A DNA stretch of 64,000 nucleotides. Origin: Callorhinchus milii (taxonomy: Eukaryota). The DNA is taken from assembly GCF_018977255.1 (NCBI RefSeq), contig NW_024704743.1, positions 67,954,001 to 68,018,000 on the forward strand, written 5' to 3'. Within the stretch, counting starts at the first letter, position 1. Every line of letters starts with the position of its first letter. Positions 63,281 to 64,000 of this stretch are shown here, piece by piece. The notes beneath the pieces are model-generated. The model was not told the DNA's origin and searched no databases. It worked only from the letters and a program-made list of their open reading frames with translations. The position numbers were made by a program, and so were the translations under genes.

Positions 63281-64000
63281 AGAACATAATTAGGAGCAGG
63301 AGTAGGCCATTCGGCCCCTCGGGCCTGCCCCGCCATTTGATAAGATCATGGCTGATCTTCAGACCTAACTCTAATTACCTGCCTTATCCCCATATCCCCT
63401 AATCCCTCTATTTTTTAAAAATCTATCAGTCTCAGCCCCGAAGATGTTCAAGGACTGAGCATCTACAGCCTTCTGGGGTAGCGAATTCCATAGCCCTTTA
63501 AGAATCTTATATGTTTCAATAAGATCTCCCCTAATTCTTCTGTACTCTAGAGAATATAGCCCGAGTTTATTCAGCCTATCGTCATAGGTCAGTCCCCTCA
63601 TCCCAGGAACTAACCGAGTGAATCTACGCTGCACCCCCTCTGGGGCAAGTATGTCCTTTTTTAAATAAGGAGACCAAAACTGCACACAATACTCTAGGTG
63701 CGGTCTCTCCAAGGCCCTATACATTTGCAGCAAGACTTCCCTACTCTTGTACTCTAAACCTTTTGCCATGAACGCTAACACGCCGTTCGCCTTCTTAGTT
63801 GCTTGCTGCACCTGCAAACTGACTTTTTGAGACTGGTGTACAAGGACACCCAAATCCCTCTGATCACTAACACGATCTAATCTCTCCCCCTCTAGAAAAT
63901 AATCTATTTTTCCTACCTAGGTGAATAACTTCACACTTCCCCACATTAAATTCCATCTGCCACCTACTCGCCCACTCCCCTGGCCTATATCCTGTTGCAA
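63281..64000 (-). mobile_element. Relatively young CR1 LINE 3' part; continues off the window
   Basis: ORF 63371-63853 reads GVLVHQSQKVSLQVQQATKKANGVLAF..RPHLEYCVQFWSPYLKKD..VQRRFTRLVPGM..GDLIETYKIL; tail GGGCCGAATGGCCTACTCCTGCTCC. Confidence 0.96.

Overview
This is AT-rich eukaryotic DNA, intronic or intergenic, and densely filled with transposable-element copies. I recognise no host protein-coding gene, rRNA or true tRNA gene. The repeat set comprises L2 and CR1 LINE 3' fragments, tRNA-headed SINEs carrying a Deu-domain-like 3' body of the AmnSINE1/SacSINE1 type, and a Penelope-like stub. It points to a cartilaginous fish, possibly a chimaera (inference). Most long ORFs in the track are LINE reverse-transcriptase remnants or their antisense and alternate frames. 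The more notable elements are: (1) an internally deleted Helitron with a duplicated 5' end and a CpG-decayed RepHel N-terminus (about 3845-4971); (2) a Charlie/Buster-type hAT transposon with TIRs inserted in a CR1 and itself split by a SINE (54236-55416); (3) a 563-bp solo LTR with a perfect 4-bp TSD (40445-41007) and a second LTR-like block (about 23737-24328); (4) fold-back/MITE-like palindromes (28224-28313, 46101-46323, 49739-49796); (5) an unclassified old dispersed repeat with a recurring stem-loop; (6) young SINEs whose 3' stem-loop matches that of the young L2. One weak candidate exon and a few repeat-free, enhancer-like blocks are flagged at low confidence. I did not find convincing evidence for a novel multi-gene system. 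Boundaries of older repeats are approximate because alignments were done by eye.
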